DNA from: Parasitella parasitica NRRL 2501
Lineage: Eukaryota > Fungi > Mucoromycota
Length of the DNA: 64,000 nt
Direction of reading: 5' to 3'
Assembly: GCA_025201805.1 (NCBI GenBank)
Contig: MU619365.1
Location: 1-64,000 of the forward strand
Every line of letters begins with the position of its first letter. The stretch's first letter is position 1. Below, piece by piece: positions 62,816 to 64,000 of this stretch. The translations under genes were made by a program, and so were the position numbers. The notes under the pieces were generated by a model. It had not been told where the DNA came from and searched no databases. It worked only from the letters and a program-made list of their open reading frames with translations.

Positions 62816-64000
62816 CTTTAGGGTGTTCTGCTATGGTGGATTGAAAGAAAAGAGAAGCAATCAGCAAAATCCAGTTTCACGTTTTCGCACTACTGGGCAA
62901 TCTCCGCGACAAAAAATGACTCATTGCAATTGGATTCTGGAGGATTCCTCAAGTGACATTTGGAAGATCGAGATCATCAGCCTGCCCCCTTTGACCTATT
63001 TGAGAGCAGTGGTTTGGACGACTACTGCAGCACTGCTTCTTTGATTTGCATCTCTAGTAGTGCCGAGACAACGTAGCAGCCACGTTTTATCCCCGCATAT
63101 GTCAAATCCATGTTTTAAAACAAAAAACAAAAAACAGGCCTCGCCCAAGCAACTTGGGTTTGGTTCATGGATCCCGAGTAATTGTTTTCGAGCTTCTTGC
63201 ATTGTTCGATGCAACTCAACTACATATTAACCTCAAAGAACAATTTTCTGTGTCCAACGCAGCAAGCTGCAGCGGAATATTAAAAGGCCGCCATGCTTAT
63301 CGATTCTCTCTGGTTGATTCTTCGAAAATGGTTCAAAAAGTTGGCATCAAATCAGTTTTTTGCAGATTTCTCATCAAGTACTTAATAAAACATTGATTGT
63401 GTGGTAATAGGTTTTTGACAAGAATTGTACGCCGAATTTGATGGTGGTCTTTGATATGAACTTTTCTACCAAGGTTATTACGCAATCTTAAGAATTGTAA
63501 ATATCGGTTTTTTGACAAAAACTCTAAACATTAGGTAGATGATGTCTAAACTAAGTCATGGATATGATAGTTGGAGTATGTTAGGTCATTTTGAGCTTAG
63601 AAACACCATAGTGAAAAGTCTCGTTTTAAGGGTCAAAAATTGACAAATAGTAATTTGTCCGATTTTCCCTTGTGGGTACAGGGGGGTTTGGGGGGGGGTC
63701 AAATTTCATGGATTTTTTCATCCCTCCAGTAATGAGAAAAAATAACATGGAATGTTAATATTGAATAGAAGAAATGTTTCAAGCTGATTTTGCGCTTTCA
63801 AAAACGATTACAAGTTATCGAAAATATTATTTAAACTTGATAATTTTGTCAATTTTTGCAGCGAAAAAAAACAAAAGAGTTTGGGGTTTTACGCCGCCCC
63901 ATAACGGCGCATCCTTGCTCTCTTTTTAATGTTCTTTTCTGTAATAGCATCATCCAGAGCTAACGATATCCCAAACTGCCCTTGAGCTCCATAACCATTT

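Noticed and set aside
62880-64000. Cys-rich fragments (CKSKKQCCSS, SKCH) and TE-end-like sequence at the window end
   Set aside because: Probably a decayed transposon, but frames are broken and no catalytic motif or terminus can be identified.

Overview
Eukaryotic, AT-rich, intron-containing fungal DNA. Gene content, 50-60 nt introns and transposon families point to Mucorales (inference). I can reconstruct about 24 protein-coding genes: ERG5/CYP61, a small hypothetical, an MIT-domain protein, an APSES/StuA TF, RPL35, two BTB/POZ paralogues, MET6, an Nrg1-like C2H2 TF, MIR1, ATG101, MET7/FPGS, an FPY1/CinA-like protein, an alpha-arrestin, TMEM70-like, Spo71-like, a cold-shock protein, BLOC1S4/cappuccino-like (invisible in the ORF track), a GLI-like C2H2 TF, Vip1-like RRM, ATP3, DBR1, BORCS5-like and a GNAT. 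Between them lie mobile-element remains: two 5'-truncated L1-type LINEs with clear TSDs, a complete non-autonomous Helitron, a Helitron relic, four Tc1/mariner relics and LTR-like DNA, plus two pseudogenes. I see no rRNA, tRNA or CRISPR and no convincing new multi-gene pathway. The most striking signals are in gene structure: (1) an apparently obligatory single-nucleotide exon in MIR1; (2) a hidden 5-exon gene whose CDS end interlocks with the convergent cold-shock gene in a TTATAA palindrome; (3) an in-frame TAG followed by 95 sense codons in the APSES gene; (4) a 9-nt exon with a GC donor; (5) G4/hairpin tandem repeats inside the Helitron. All exon models were read by eye and need RNA-seq confirmation; family assignments come from motif recognition, not database searches.
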